Source: the human T2T-CHM13v2.0 reference genome, Homo sapiens
Assembly (NCBI RefSeq): GCF_009914755.1
Contig: NC_060931.1
Reading direction: 5' to 3' (one strand)
Length of the DNA: 64,000 nt
Below the pieces are notes generated by a model. The model was not told the DNA's origin and searched no databases. It saw only the letters and a list, made by a program, of their open reading frames with translations. The position numbers were made by a program, and so were the translations under genes. This document shows, piece after piece, positions 14,769-28,994 of this stretch (position 1 is its first letter; each line of letters starts with the position of its first letter).

Positions 14769-15503
14769 GGAACCCTGTATCAGTTTTGTGAACCCAGGCA
14801 TGTTTAATTATGTAAGACTCAGTCTAATCACAAACAAAGTAGGGACATTAACACCTGCCCTAACTTTATTACAGATTGTTGTCAGAAATTGCTTTTTAAC
14901 CATGTACAAATGTAAGTCATTATAATTAGACTTCCTCTGTAAAAGAAGCACACTGCTTTATGAATACCATAAAAATGCAGCAGATGTCAGAAGAGAAAAA
15001 TTATCCAATACGGGATGATAAATCCTTGATGAGCCAGAGTGCTCAGAGAACAAGGTGTTCTAGCTAACTGAATTTCTGTTTAAGTAGGAAGTAAACAGAA
15101 AGTCATTTGTTTCAATCCACAGTGATATTCCAATTCCTTGTGCTAGGAAGAACAAACTGATCATAGTACCCCATGAACAATGAAGGCTACTGCTGCATCT
15201 TTTGGCCATTGTTCTTAACATCATTTCTTCTATGCTATAAAAATCGCTGAATGAGGACAAAGTGGAGACATGTTTCTGCCATCCTGTGGACAGGCTTAGG
15301 TATAATGTTTTTGAGTATTAAAAACACAAAGTGTTGAGGAGGGTGGGACTAGGCAGGGCAGAATCATCTGATTGTAAGGTGGCTCTTATATGATATTAGG
15401 ACAGTCCAATACTCAAACTCCAAAGAGCATCATTGCTGTTCTGTTTTGTTTTTCAGTCAGCAAACATTTATTATGTACCCACTATATGTGAGGCAATGGG
15501 CTA

Positions 15504-15847
<344 letters not shown>

Positions 15848-18179
15848 AACTATGAAAATGACATGGTCCCTACACTCTACAAATCAACACAATGCCAAGG
15901 GAAATTTTTGTTGTCTTATTGCTCTAAGATCTAAGAGAGGTTTTTTCGTCATCTTATTGTGCTGTGGTTAGTGAGATGGTAGGGCTGATCACAGGATGCC
16001 AGATAAGCATGGAAATATGTTCAGCTGGCCTCCTGGCAGGGAAGAGGGGACACACCTGTCAGGTGTGGCCCACCTCTCAGGAGATGATGATACTCAGGTG
16101 GGCCAGGGTGTGGTGCTGGGTGACTGGCTGGGTTTAGAGCCAGTTGCTCTGGGTTTTGGAGGACTCTAAGCCCAAGAGGTAGTAGAGTCACGGGCAGGGA
16201 AGCCAAGGCGCACACAGCAATCTCTAGATTAGGCTGGGGGCATGGAGATCAGATCTGGCCAGACACATGATGCCTGGGCCATCAGATACCAGGACCCCTC
16301 AACTCCACTTAACATCATGTTTATTCATTCAAGCATTCCTTCAGCAACTTAAAGCTTTGAATGTCTGTTCCCTCATCTGCGATTTGGGGAAAATAATGTA
16401 ATAAACATACACTGTGCCTGGCACATAGTTGGTACCCAATGAGTGGTAGCTGGATACCTAACCTCTTTTAATTTTAAACTATTTTCCTTTTTCTCTTCTT
16501 GCAGCTGTCATTCTTCACCTTCTCATGCTCCAAGGGGGATGTTTTGTTGTCTTATAGCCAGAATCTTTTTCCTTTTGCAGCATCACTGTATGGTACATTT
16601 TCTCTTTCTCATGTGTAAGAAACCAGAGGGGAAGGAAGAGGCTGTGAGAGAACAATTGTGAGATTCGCCTGGTGACATGCTTTTGATAAGAATATGGAAG
16701 ATGAACTTAATTTCCATCTTAGAAAGGATGTAAATGCCTGAATCTAATATGTTCTTAATGAATTTCCTTCATTAGGAAAAGTATTTCGAAAGGGATTCCC
16801 CAAACTGAAAAGAAGAAAAGTTTAAAAATATATTTTTAAAAATTATATTGATACCATGCCAGCTTCTGAGTGAAGAGGGACACTTCCATTCTCATGGAAG
16901 AGTCTAGTGGACATTTTTTGTTTCTTGGCTTTAATATCGAAACCCCCAAACTTCCTGCTGACACTTCAATCTTCCTTTGTGGAAATGCCCTTTTGTGTGT
17001 GAGTTGACATGAGAGCAATTCCCAGAATATGCCTCACATTGTGGGACCTGGGTGTCCAGATTCTTCCTCCCTACTGCTCGTTGTCATGTTCAATGGCCAA
17101 GCGTGTGACCTAAAGGCCAAGAGTGTGATCTTAGAGCCAGGCTCATGACTAAGCCCCACCAATCAAAAACCATTTCTGGGACTTTGACTCTTCAACAAGT
17201 AAGACAATGGAGAGGAAGCATTTCAGAGCCAGGTTCATTGCTGGTTGCCTGGAGTGCCAGGTCCATGGGGGTCCCAGCCACAGGACTCTCACTTCTGGCC
17301 CTCAGTGCTCCTTTGGTTCCTGCCATTGCCCAAACCTAGTCCTTCAGCATCCCTTTGATCCTGTGAGTTGTGCTGATTTCTTTCTAATTTTTTTTCTTTT
17401 CTGCTCAAGTTAGTAAGAATTAAACTACTATAGGATCGTGTTTAAGTGCTACATTGGTGATAAGGAAAAATCAAGTGGAGAGGTTAATCCTTTATTTTTT
17501 TTTTCAAATATCTCTTAAAACAACTGTTCTTAAGACCTCCTGGATTGCATCAATTCAGTGATTTGGCTGGAGAAGGTGAAGAGTTTGATCCTGTTTTAGG
17601 GTGTTAGTCAGTGAAATGTTGGTTAGGGAGATCCCAGAGCCTTCTGTATCTTATCTCTTTCCTGAAATTCTCCACCTCTAAAAAGATAAAGGTTTCAAGC
17701 CATTAGTGTGGATCTTTGCATTAACTTATTGACCTTTTAATTATTTCTTTATCTTTGGCTGAATAAGCTCTAAATGGAGCTTATTTAAGTAAATACTTTA
17801 AAATAAGTGTAAAGTGCCAAGACACTGAGGTTTACAAAATGACCACCGCTCATGTGATCCAAGCTGGTCTACAGATGGAGGTTATTATGAACATGCATAT
17901 GTGTTGAATGAATCAGCCCACTGCAGAAGAGAGAGTAGGAGGAGGTCTCGGCAGAGGCGGAAATATTGGTCAGCGTTTGCTCTTTTAATGGTACTTGGCT
18001 GCCTCCTACTCCAGACCCTGTCACCCTTGGATGATGTTTCTGAGAATAAAATATAGCAAGGTGTAAGTAAGATGGTGATGGGTTGGGTCTCAAATACAAT
18101 TTTTCTGAGGTCTCTTTAGGTGAACTAAAGTTCAAGAATCAGAAGGAAAAATTAATAATCAAGGTAAAGACTTCAATAT

Positions 18180-18295
18180 AAATAAATTCAACAGAAAATT
18201 ATTGATGCCCTATTCTGGGCCAGACACTTTGCCAAGCCCAGAGGGTATGGAGATGAAGAATGACCAGTTCGTGTCCTCAAGGAGCTTAGAATCTG
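18180..18295 (-). mobile_element. L2 3' fragment
   Basis: attcaacagaaaattattgatgccctattctgggccagacact...gtcctcaaggagcttagaatct. Confidence 0.75.
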
Positions 18296-18704
18296 CTGTA
18301 ACTTGCAAGTGTGGGTGAAGTTGATTTGTGCTACATAATCACTTCAGACCAGAGGAGATGCAGGGCTGGAGGTGACTCACATAGAAGTACTAATAGTTAT
18401 GCCACCCCAGACCTGGCATGCCTTCAGTTCTGACCACAATTGATTGTCCACCAACCATGGATCCTGTAGGGTCAGTCAACAGATTTGTGAGTAAAAGAGA
18501 CAAGAAGACAGGAGGAAGACAAAGTGAGAAAATAACTGCAGAGCAGTAAAAGCCAGCTCTGAAATGGGGAAGAATGAAAAGCAGAATCAAATGTCAAAGA
18601 TTCCAAAATGTCTAATCTCTGGACTGGTGCCATCTTGATTTTTTTTTATCATCTATCACAAAATGAGAAGAATAAAGACAATGTAGTATTTTACATCATA
18701 AAAC

Positions 18705-18752
18705 ACCTTTGGTGACCTTAGACCCGTGTATCAGTCTAAGGTCACCAAAGGT
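18705..18752. repeat. Perfect 19-bp inverted repeat with 10-nt spacer
   Basis: acctttggtgaccttagac-ccgtgtatca-gtctaaggtcaccaaaggt; arms checked base by base. Confidence 0.97.
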
Positions 18753-19660
18753 CTCATGTGGGAAAGACTGTCAATTTAGTTTAGGAATATCTTCTTCCTA
18801 ATTTGAAACACCAGCTATTTCAAGATAGCAAGCCATGCAACTGGTGAAATTACAAAGTTGACAGCTCCATGAGAATCCCCACAATGCATTATCCAAGTCT
18901 GCCAAATCTACAAGTCGGGAACCATTGATTGAATGAGAAGTTAGGGCACAGTTCCTACTACCTGAGGTACTTCTGCTCTTCTGAAGACGGAGGCATTTCT
19001 CAGGGTGGAAGAAACAGCCCTGGATTCTTCAAGTAGAAAATAAAGAGGAACTGGCAGATGAGATTCTGAAACCAACTTCCTTCACAGCCTGCAAGTGTGA
19101 TATGTTCAACCCATTAGAGATTCTAATTTCAGGGGAAGCCAGCCTGTGGGCAAAGGGTCAGACCACTGTTTATGCCCCAGAGTGGAAGAGCGGAGGAAAG
19201 GAATGGGTGAGTCAAGATACCTCATTCCCTCCCACAGGAGTTAGAAGGAATTCCTATCTTCCTCAGCAACCTCACCCACCAACCAGCTACAGGAAAGACT
19301 AGAAAACCACTCCAATAACTGGTGGGGAAAGTTGCCTTAACTTTCTAAGATAGAGTTAATATTAATTCTTCGTCTCAAGTAAGGAACTCTAAATCAGTGA
19401 GCTTTCACCTCAAGACTTCTTCCTGGAGGCTGCAGAAGTGAACAGCGCTTTCCTTGGGTCACTGACAGGGGCCCTGAAGAAATGCTGTTGGTCTGAGGGA
19501 GCAGATCCATGAGGCTTCTCACATTGCACTGGAGAAGACTCATGCTGCCCTCTTCTTTTTCCATGATACGTCCAACTTAACCGTAGGTTAAAAGCATCAT
19601 ACTGCCTTTTTCTGCAGGAGAAGACTATTGTATTAGTGTTGCCTTATTAATATTAATCAG

Positions 19661-20025
19661 TGCTGTGGACTGAATCATGTCTCTCTGCCCTCCCTTCCAA
19701 TTCATACACTGAGGTCCTTACCTCTGGTGTGACTTAATTTGGAGATAGGGCCTTTAAGGAGGTAAGTAAATGAAGTCAAAAGGGTAGAGCCATAGATGGC
19801 CCTACTAATCCTATGGAAATCTCTGCTTCCCTGTCTCTACCATGTGAGGATACAGTGAGAAGGCTGCCATCTACAAGCCAGGGAGAGAGCCCTACCCAGA
19901 AATGGTATCAGCTGGCACCTTGATCCTGGTCTTCCCAGCTTCCAGATATGTGAGAAACCGATTTCTGTTGTTTCAGCCACCCAGGCTGTGGTATTTTGTG
20001 ATAGCAGCCCAAGCAGACCAATACA
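19661..20025 (+). mobile_element. MLT1A-type MaLR solo LTR
   Basis: tgctgtggactgaat...ccatgtgaggatacagtgagaaggctgccatctacaagccag...gcagcccaagcagaccaataca; TG...CA ends. Confidence 0.9.
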
Positions 20026-20184
20026 ATCGATAATTATCACACAAATTGACATTTATTCTTTAGGAATAAAAATTTACCCCGAGGAAGTGGTTGAAGTCTC
20101 TGTGGCTACCACATTGCTATTCAGAAGGAGAAGGGTACTAATACCATTCATATTTTTACCTACTTGCTAAGTATGATGCTAATA

Positions 20185-20300
20185 ATTTTATATGCACTAG
20201 AGATAGGAAGCAGTGGGTCAGAGGGATTATGGAACTTGCCCAAGGTCACAGAGCCAATAAGTAGAAGGTTCTGACCTGCTAGGTTTGCTGGGCTCAGAAG
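20185..20300 (-). mobile_element. MIR fragment
   Basis: gaacttgcccaaggtcacagagccaataagt MIR core. Confidence 0.75.
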
Positions 20301-21700
20301 CCAGGCTGTCCCTGTTTGCCTTGCCTCTTGTACCATCTGAGCCTGCATCCGACTGAGCTCTTTTCACCTTCCTCATCTAAGCTCCTGCTTTTACTGTAGC
20401 AATTAATATCACCTAATAAACTTGTGAAGGTTCTTTTGAAGATTCACTAAGATCCATTGTTTATGTGATCCCAATTTTGCAAGAGCAAAGAAAAACCAAA
20501 TGAAAATATGTATTAAATAAAGCTTATGTTGCATTAAAAAATATCATCATCAAATGGTAATTGTGGTTATTTCTGAATAGTAGGATAATAACTGATTTTA
20601 TTTTATTTTTTACCTTTTTTGACACTTTTATTTTACACTCTTTTGTAATTATAAAAAAATTTTGTAATTATAAAAAAAATCTTCATAATGAAAAGCAAGA
20701 TGCACTGTCCCCATCCCATGGCATTTGTGTGCCATGCCACAGCACAGGAGGATTGGATGGCTCCTCATCTGAAAGCCTGAGCAGCAAGGTCAGGGTGCCA
20801 GAGACCCACAGAAGAAAATGGCAGGAGCTGGCCCCAGAAAGTCCCATGATAGAGGGGTTGGGGCGGGGAGGAGACGATGACACTGATTCAGTTCCAAACC
20901 TGACTGGGAAAACATGAAAATTATGACCATCTGGAGCCTCAGTGACTGGAGGTCAGGTGCGAGGTGATCTTTGGCCAGGGCTTCCATGGCTGTGACTCCA
21001 GCTCAGACACCACCTCCTTGGGTGCCCCCATCTTTTCTCTGTGCTGAGACATGGGAGAAAGAACCACACCTTCTCGTGACCTTTAGATGACCCAGTGACT
21101 TAAGTGGGATGGCCACTGTCAAAGTGACAATGCCAAATAACAGAGAGTTCCACAGAAGCCAGCCCATATCTGTGCAGATCTGACTTTATTAAAGAGTAAA
21201 GGCGTGAAAGGCAAATTCCCTGTTTGTGCTCCAGAGAGTGTGTGGCCAAGAAGGGTGAAATTCTCCATGATTTTCTTGGCAACAATCAGCTGTTTTTCCC
21301 CTCTTAGATCTTCTGAAGTGCCATTTTTGGCAAAGGTGCATGAGAGAAATATTATATGTTGAGGAAAAGGAAACAGGAGGGTTCCTACTGCCCCCAGTTT
21401 CATAATGAAAAGCTGTGAACAGTCGGGGGCTACGGTTTCTTTAGAGAAAACTTGGTGAATGAAAGCTTCTTTGAAGTGCTAGAATATTCTGGACAGGATC
21501 TTGCTAATTAGGAAGTAAAAGCCCTATTGTGTTTTTTCCAGGGAAATTTTGGAGGCAGGCTGTGACCTGAAAAGAGTAGTGCTTCTAGAAGCAGTCACAG
21601 CTTTTACCAAGTCCAGGCACTCTCCTGAGCTATTTGTTGATGTTGGAGGAATGTTGTGAGGGAATTACATATTTTGTGAATAGTAGGATAGTCTCCATAA

Positions 21701-22005
<305 letters not shown>

Positions 22006-22249
22006 TAAAATTTGTCCACTTTTGACATTAGTTTTTTTCTGATTCTTAGAAGGCAGGGACCCTGTTCTGTTTGTCTATTTGCTCCTTCAACAACAATTAT
22101 TACACATTCATGATGTGAACCACTCTGTGCTACACACTGAGAATACACACACACATGCACGCACACACACACACACATACATACTGCCTCATATATATGT
22201 ATGGCTATATTAAACATATTTTCTGTATGTATGCTATAGATATGTATAT

Positions 22250-22701
22250 AGTAGTGGGCTGAGTGGTGGCCTCCCAAAAGATATATCCATGTCCTAATCC
22301 CGAGAACCTCTGAATGTGACCTTAATTGGAAAAAGATTCTTGGCTTATGTAATTAAGTTAGGGATATTGAGGTGAAATCATCCTTGATTAAATTCAGTGC
22401 AATTGTCCTTATAGGAGGCATGCAGAGAAGACAGACACAGAAAAGAAGACAGTGTGACCACAGAGGCAGAGATTGGGGTGATGCAGCCACAAGGCAAGGG
22501 ATGCTTGACTTGTGAGCTACCAGAAGCTGGAAGGGGCAAGGAATGGGTTCTCCCCTAGAGCCTCCGGAGGGGATGTGGCCCTGCAAACACTGATTTTAGA
22601 CTTCTAGTCTCCAGAAGAGTGAGGAAATAATTTTTTGTTGTTTTAAACCAGCCAGTTTGCAGTACACTAATTGGTTGCAGCAGCCACAGGAGATGAATGC
22701 A
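22250..22701 (+). mobile_element. MLT1C-type MaLR solo LTR, flanked by (CA)n/(TA)n tracts
   Basis: gaatgtgaccttaattgga...gaggcagagattggggtgatgcagccacaag...ccagaagctggaaggggcaagga...gcagccacagga. Confidence 0.9.
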
Positions 22702-22706
22702 CACAA

Positions 22707-22707
<1 letters not shown>

Positions 22708-22739
<32 letters not shown>
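22708..22739. repeat. (CA)n microsatellite
   Basis: Seen directly. Confidence 0.97.
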
Positions 22740-22741
<2 letters not shown>

Positions 22742-22984
22742 CATACGTATGTTATATATATGAGAGCACAAGGCAGACAAAAAGGTTCCTGCTCTCATTG
22801 GACAATGAAACATCGTAGTTCACAGGCATCAAACACGTAATTGAAATAAAGAGCAGTGAGGGTTATGACAGAGGAAGAATAGGGATCTTGTGGGAACATA
22901 TGAGAAAACCTTACTCTTAGGTCAGGCAAGGCTTCCGCAAAGAGAGGGCATTTAAATTGAAACTAGAAGGTCAATAAGAGAATC

Positions 22985-23215
22985 TGCCACTTATTGAGCA
23001 TGTGCTGTGCACCACATGATGTGTTCAGTGCTTTGCATAAGTGATCTCATTTAAATCTCTTACGGTAGACACAACTATTTTATCCATGTTACAGACAGAG
23101 AAATGAAGACTTGGAGACATGGAGAATGAATTATTCAAAATTGCACACCTAGGAAGGGTTAGGGCTGGGATCCAATCCCAGGTGCTCTGACTCTGGAGCC
23201 TTGACTTTTCATCAT
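22985..23215 (-). mobile_element. MIR
   Basis: acttattgagc...gatctcatttaaatctc...ttacagacagagaaatgaagact...ctctgactctggagcc. Confidence 0.8.
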
Positions 23216-23416
23216 TATTCCCCACTTCTCTTTAGTCTATGGGAAGATGAAGAATAGGATTGAGCCTGGCTTTCTAAGCAAAAGCAGTGAGCAGGGGCCT
23301 TGGCACATGTGATATGTATAGTAACTACTTTTCACATGAGTGACTCCATCGAAGTTCACCTCTTATTTTGGAAAAGGAGAGCTTGTAGCAAAAGGACTGA
23401 TCTCTTTCACAAATGA

Positions 23417-23830
23417 TGTCTTGGTCTGTGTCCCACCAGAAGCAGATACTAAGATAAGGACATTAATGGAGGTGATCCCAGGAAACACTGGTAGGAGAGT
23501 GGGAAAGTGAGGCAGGGAGGAAGGGCAGCGAAGATAAGGGTTCATCATCAAGCAAGTTACTACTGGGAATCTAAAGCTTAGTCCTGCTGTGGATCTTTGG
23601 GAGCCAGCATAGAGCACACCCTGGGGTAGAAAGTACCAATATCCATTCATTTTTTTTGTTGAGGGCTATTCATGGGGAGCATAATTCCCTTGTACTTTTG
23701 GCCTACAAAGTAGCAGCAAAGGCCTTCTGTCAGAGAAACACAGGTGCATTTCTCTGGGAGCTTGTAATTTGGGCTAGGGACCCTGAGATAAGGAGGAAAT
23801 GGGGCCATGGGAGAGTACTAAGAACATCAA
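23417..23830 (-). mobile_element. ERVL LTR, LTR16C/LTR33-like
   Basis: ccagaagcaga...ggaggtgatcccaggaaacactggtaggagagtgggaaagtgaggcaggga...atcaagcaagttactact. Confidence 0.7.
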
Positions 23831-24135
23831 CTAAGGTGGTTGGAAGGATTCACTTTCTACCTTCCTGGTTCTAAGGTTGCACATGGAGAAAGAGGTTGGG
23901 AATTCTTTCCCAGATATGCCAAGCATCTAAACTAGGCATTTTGTCTCTGGGGAGCCTGAGTCTCCCAGCTCACACCCAAATTCAGTCAAAAGCCCTGCAA
24001 CAACGAGCAGCTAGATCAATTCTATGTTTTCTTCTTTCTTCTCTCCTATATTATTGAGTTATGTTTATTGTGGCTTGAACATTGCCTCCATTTCAGGTGA
24101 AATATTACAGAGAAATAGGCAACTGTGTTAGGGGT

Positions 24136-24479
24136 TTATATGGTTTGGGTGTGTCCCCACCCAAATTTCATCTTGAATTCCCACATAGTGTGGGAGGGAC
24201 CCAGTGGGAGGTAATTGAATCATGGGGGCAGGTCTTTCCTGTGTTGTTCTAGTGATAGTGAATAAGTCTCACAAGATCTTATGGTTATTATCAGGTGGAG
24301 TTTTCCTGCACAAGCTCTCTTTGCTTGCTGCCATCCATGTAAGATGTGACTTGCTCCTCCTTGCCTTCCACCATGATTGTGAGGCTACCCCAGCCACATG
24401 GAACTGTAAGTCCAATTAAACCTCTTTCTTTTCTAAATTGCCCAGTCTTGAGTATGTCTTTATCAGCAGCACGAAAACA
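24136..24479 (+). mobile_element. THE1A solo LTR
   Basis: Close match to the recalled THE1A consensus (tgtgtccccacccaaat...catccatgtaagatgtgacttgctcctcc...ttatcagcagc); 5-bp TSD ggggt at 24131-35 and 24480-84. Confidence 0.93.
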
Positions 24480-25377
24480 GGGGTGGGAGTGGATGGGCCG
24501 TAAGCTAGGGAAACATAGATTAGCGGAGGAACCCTACACATGGAAGTCACCTTAGACTCCCAAATCCTGTGATACAAGTTTAGCATTGGAAAAAAAAAGT
24601 CTTTCCTTGTTTCTTTTCTTTGGAGGATAGGGGCTGAAGGGGAGCTGAAGCCAAGCATCTCCTTGCATATCTCAAGTTCAGTGACAGAAGAGCTTTTGGA
24701 CCCTGCATACCTTTTAAAAGCAGTTACCTTGGCTTTCATAAAATTGAATGTGAACGTAGGTCCTCTTTGTGTAGAGAATTGTTACCAAATCCTCCCAGAG
24801 GAGAATAAGCACATGATGAGAGCTTAAATAGAGGGAAATGGATCTCTCCGCTCTCTCACACTGGTGGCAGAGGTCTCTTTCTCAAAGGAAATAAGGCCCC
24901 AGAGAAATTAACTGTTTGGGGAAGGAAGGAGAGAAATATTTTCTTTACCAATCCAAGAACCCTCAATATCCATAGAAAGGGGGTCATTTTCAGAGGCTTC
25001 CAAGGAATTTCCGGATGGGGAGGTGTAACAACATCTCTGTAATCCCCCCTAAGGATAAAATGAAATAAACCCAAATCTTTGGCAGAAGTAATTGCAGTGA
25101 GCAGCTTCAGGGTTGTTTCTCAAATTGGGGGCCAGGGATACCTGGGAGGTGTTGAGGTTGAAGCTGTCAGAATGTCAATGTATTGCCTAATGGCAGTAGC
25201 AAGTCTGACACAAACCATCCTGGTCAGGAGTAGGGGCATAGGGAAAAAAGCTTATGGGGAAACAGGATGACAGGTGCTCACTGGAAGAACTGGGGAATAA
25301 AAGAACTAGAGATGTGCTGCTCTCACCTGGTGAGCAAATGAGGTGTCCAGCACTATAAAGTCTATGCTTTATAACTA

Positions 25378-25934
25378 TGTTTTAAAATAGTTATAAATTT
25401 CTATAAAGTTAATAGAAAATTTGAGGTATGGTAACACCAGCACAGCAGGAGGTGACTACTATTGAAAAGAAAGTGTGTTACTCACAGATCCCAAGAGAAG
25501 GGGTATGCCATGTCATGGGGGGTGCACAGGTCAGTTAAGGGGTCAGTCAGGAGGCAGAGGTGGGACAGCACTGGGGGCAGAGGCCTTCACTGTGTTTTTG
25601 TGAAAAGGAACAGGCAAGGCAGGGTAAGCAGGCTGAGGATTGGCTGATTGGAACAATTTCAGCAGGATCTGGGGCACAGGGACTGTCCCTAGTTGTCTGG
25701 TACCTGGCCCTGGGGTGATTAGGGCAGGTGGATGGTAGCCTGGAGTGTGAGAGGCCTATAAAGGAGATGGCTGGCCCTCTGGAGTGGTTGGTTTGTGTTT
25801 AAAAGTGCTCTGTGCTGAGTCATTTACTATCTCTAGGAATTGGCTAACCCTGAGAGGGGTCATCTCTTTAGGGTGAGCAAAGCCCCAGAGGTCAAAGCAT
25901 CAGAATACAGAAAACAAAAGACATTGTTAATACA
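25378..25934 (-). mobile_element. ERVL LTR, MER74-like
   Basis: Ends ...gtcaaagcatcagaatacagaaaacaaaagacattgttaataca, the reverse of the MER74 5' end; tagttgtctggtacctggccctggggtgattagggca. Confidence 0.85.
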
Positions 25935-27627
25935 GCAAAACAGCTGGAAGGTGGTCAGCACTATTTCTTTTTTCTTTTTCTTTTTGATCCTTTGGTAAAA
26001 GGTTAAAATACTTTGTATTTTCAGTCATGGCTTCTGTTGGCCACACAGACCAGCCCTAGTGTATCTACTCATGATGGGAAGTGGTGATGTTTGCCCTGAG
26101 CCTCACTGGGAACAGAATTTGAAATCTTTTTCAGGAGAAGGCCTCATATGCATACGTACAAAATCTTATTCATTAATAATAAGCTCCAATGGAGACTTTT
26201 AATAATGTTTGTAAGGGCTGCCATTTCAAAGCAACCCATTAGAACCAAAGCCTTCATTATTTGAGAGATGTTTTTATGGGAAGTCTGTTGATATCACACT
26301 TTGAAAGTGAATTAATGATGAGCTTGGGTAAATTGAATATTCAAAAAGAAGTCAAGGAAGGCCCCCATGGGAAATATGGCATATAGTGTGGTAGTAAATG
26401 GGGTTCCTGTCTCATCCTCGTAGGTTGCAGCTCTGAACTCTGGTTCCCCTCTCTCTCTTGGGTTGCTCTGCCAAGAAGAGACCAGTTGAAGAATAACACT
26501 GTATTTCACTATATGGCATTGTTATTACTTCTATTTGCATATTAATGTTCTAGAATCAGATGGCAGTGCAACTACATACATGACACCAGGGAGTATAGGA
26601 AGAAGGAGCGGGTGGTTTACTACAGGACACAGATTCCTGTGTTTGATCTAAAAAATAAAAAGGCAGTAAATACAAAATGTTTTTAAACAAGAGAAGCTTT
26701 AAACCTCAATGGGCTTTGGTTCTTGGGCTTGTTAGAACAGTTTGGTCTTTGAAACACTGAGTGAGCTCTCAGGGAGAGCTGAGCACTTGGAAGCAGAAGC
26801 ACATGCATTGCAAAGCCAGTGCTGGCTCTGAGCGCTGAGGGTATCCTGGTGCAGTGCAGCCTCCAGAAAATGGAGCCAGCAGTTCACTTGTGTCCCAAAG
26901 TCTGATGCTCACATTGCAAAAGTTCTCTCGGGTCGTCTCATGCAAAGCAACCCTCTTCAACTCTGGGTCCTTGGACTGGGCTAATCCTACCCGTTTTAGC
27001 CTCTGAGGGCTGCTGATAGGGAGACTCTACCTTCTCCCTCTTAAATACCGCTGCCTGGGCAGACTTCATGAGGATAGCTGGAGCTGAATCCTTCATGATG
27101 GCTTTTTGCCACCACTGCCGGTCTTGTCACAGGCTCCCACTCCTTCTTGTCAGCACTACTCCTCTAAGTGCAGAGTGAATGCTGATGTGATATGGTAAGA
27201 GGGAGAACTTTCATAATTTGCAAGAGAAAACATTCTCACTCTTACTTGTTCAAAAGCAGACATTGTGGGGTGAGGAGAGGGAGAACAGTAAGAAGGGCTG
27301 GTCCACTCTGCTCGGAGTTTTCAGCAGCACAAAGCCACCCAACTACCCACGGCCCATCTACATAAACCCTCATCACCTGCGGGTGTTCACAGTGTCATTC
27401 TTTAACAACGCAGAAAATGGGCAGAAGAGAACATGGAACTGCTAAAGTTTTCATTTTGTCATATGAAAATTAAAAAAAAATTTTTCTACTCTTCCCATCA
27501 TTTCACATAAAAATGGGCATTGTAATACCAAAAACGTTAATTCATTGTCTTACATTTTCTCATTTACTCACTGTCTGGTGAAAATGTTGGCACAACAAAT
27601 GTTGACAGTGTTGCTAGGCTAGACAGA

Positions 27628-27705
27628 AATAATGATGACGTCTCTTTATTGAGCGCTTACTGGATACTAGGTGCTGTCTAAGCACTTACACATGCTATCT
27701 CATTT
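27628..27705 (-). mobile_element. MIR 3' fragment
   Basis: tttattgagcgcttactggatactaggtgctgtctaagcacttacac. Confidence 0.75.
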
Positions 27706-27976
27706 TTCCCTTTTAAAGTTATTTAGTGGCTCCCTTTGGTCTCTTGCAGTGATGGCAAATTCTCATTTCTGTCAACTTGGATCCACTGATAGTGCCCTGT
27801 CTGTGGCACTGTGTTAGTAAGGATCATGAGGATGAACAGAGGCTCAGCTGGAAAGAGCCTGGATTGATGAACAGTACCTGACAGGAGGTTGGGGAGAGAG
27901 GGGACAAGATGCAGGGAGGGAAGGGGACGCAGGGGAGGGTAGGAAGTGTGGATATTTGCCACCCCATAGCCCTCTA

Positions 27977-28530
<554 letters not shown>

Positions 28531-28611
28531 CTCTATGCCACCTCAAACCCCTTACCATTCATTCCCTGAACCTGCTGTGTGCTTTCACCCATCAGTTAAC
28601 AAGGGTTAATT

Positions 28612-28830
28612 ACCATTCATAATTTACTAGGTGCCAGGTCCTGTGCTAAACATTTTACATAACTCATCTTATTTGCTCCTGACAACACATCTCTTAGATA
28701 GATAATATTATTACCATTTCATTTTACAAATGAAAAAAACCAGATTCAGAGGTTAAGTAACTTTTTCAAGATTAGACAGCCAGCAAGGGGCTAGAACCCA
28801 GGCCTGCTGAACCACAAAGCAACACACTCT
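28612..28830 (-). mobile_element. MIR
   Basis: gtgccaggtcctgtgctaaacattttacat...cattttacaaatgaaaaaaaccagattcagaggttaagtaact. Confidence 0.85.
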
Positions 28831-28834
28831 AGCT

Positions 28835-28994
28835 TCTTGCTATTCAGCCTGTGGATTGGTAGTATCGATATCACCTGGTGAGTTGTTGGAAATGCCGAGT
28901 CTCAGGCCCTACCCAGACTCACTGAATCGGGATTTGCATTTTATCAAGAGCCCACATTATTCATGTGCACATTAAAATCTAAGAAGTGCCACTG
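28835..28994. mobile_element. MER5A-type hAT MITE, opposite orientation to the 28384 copy
   Basis: atcacctggtgagttgttggaaatgccgagtctcaggccctacccagactcactgaatc...gcacattaaaatctaagaagtgccactg. Confidence 0.8.

Noticed and set aside
20642-20680. 19-bp tandem duplication tttgtaattataaaaaaat
   Set aside because: Ordinary slippage at an old L1 tail
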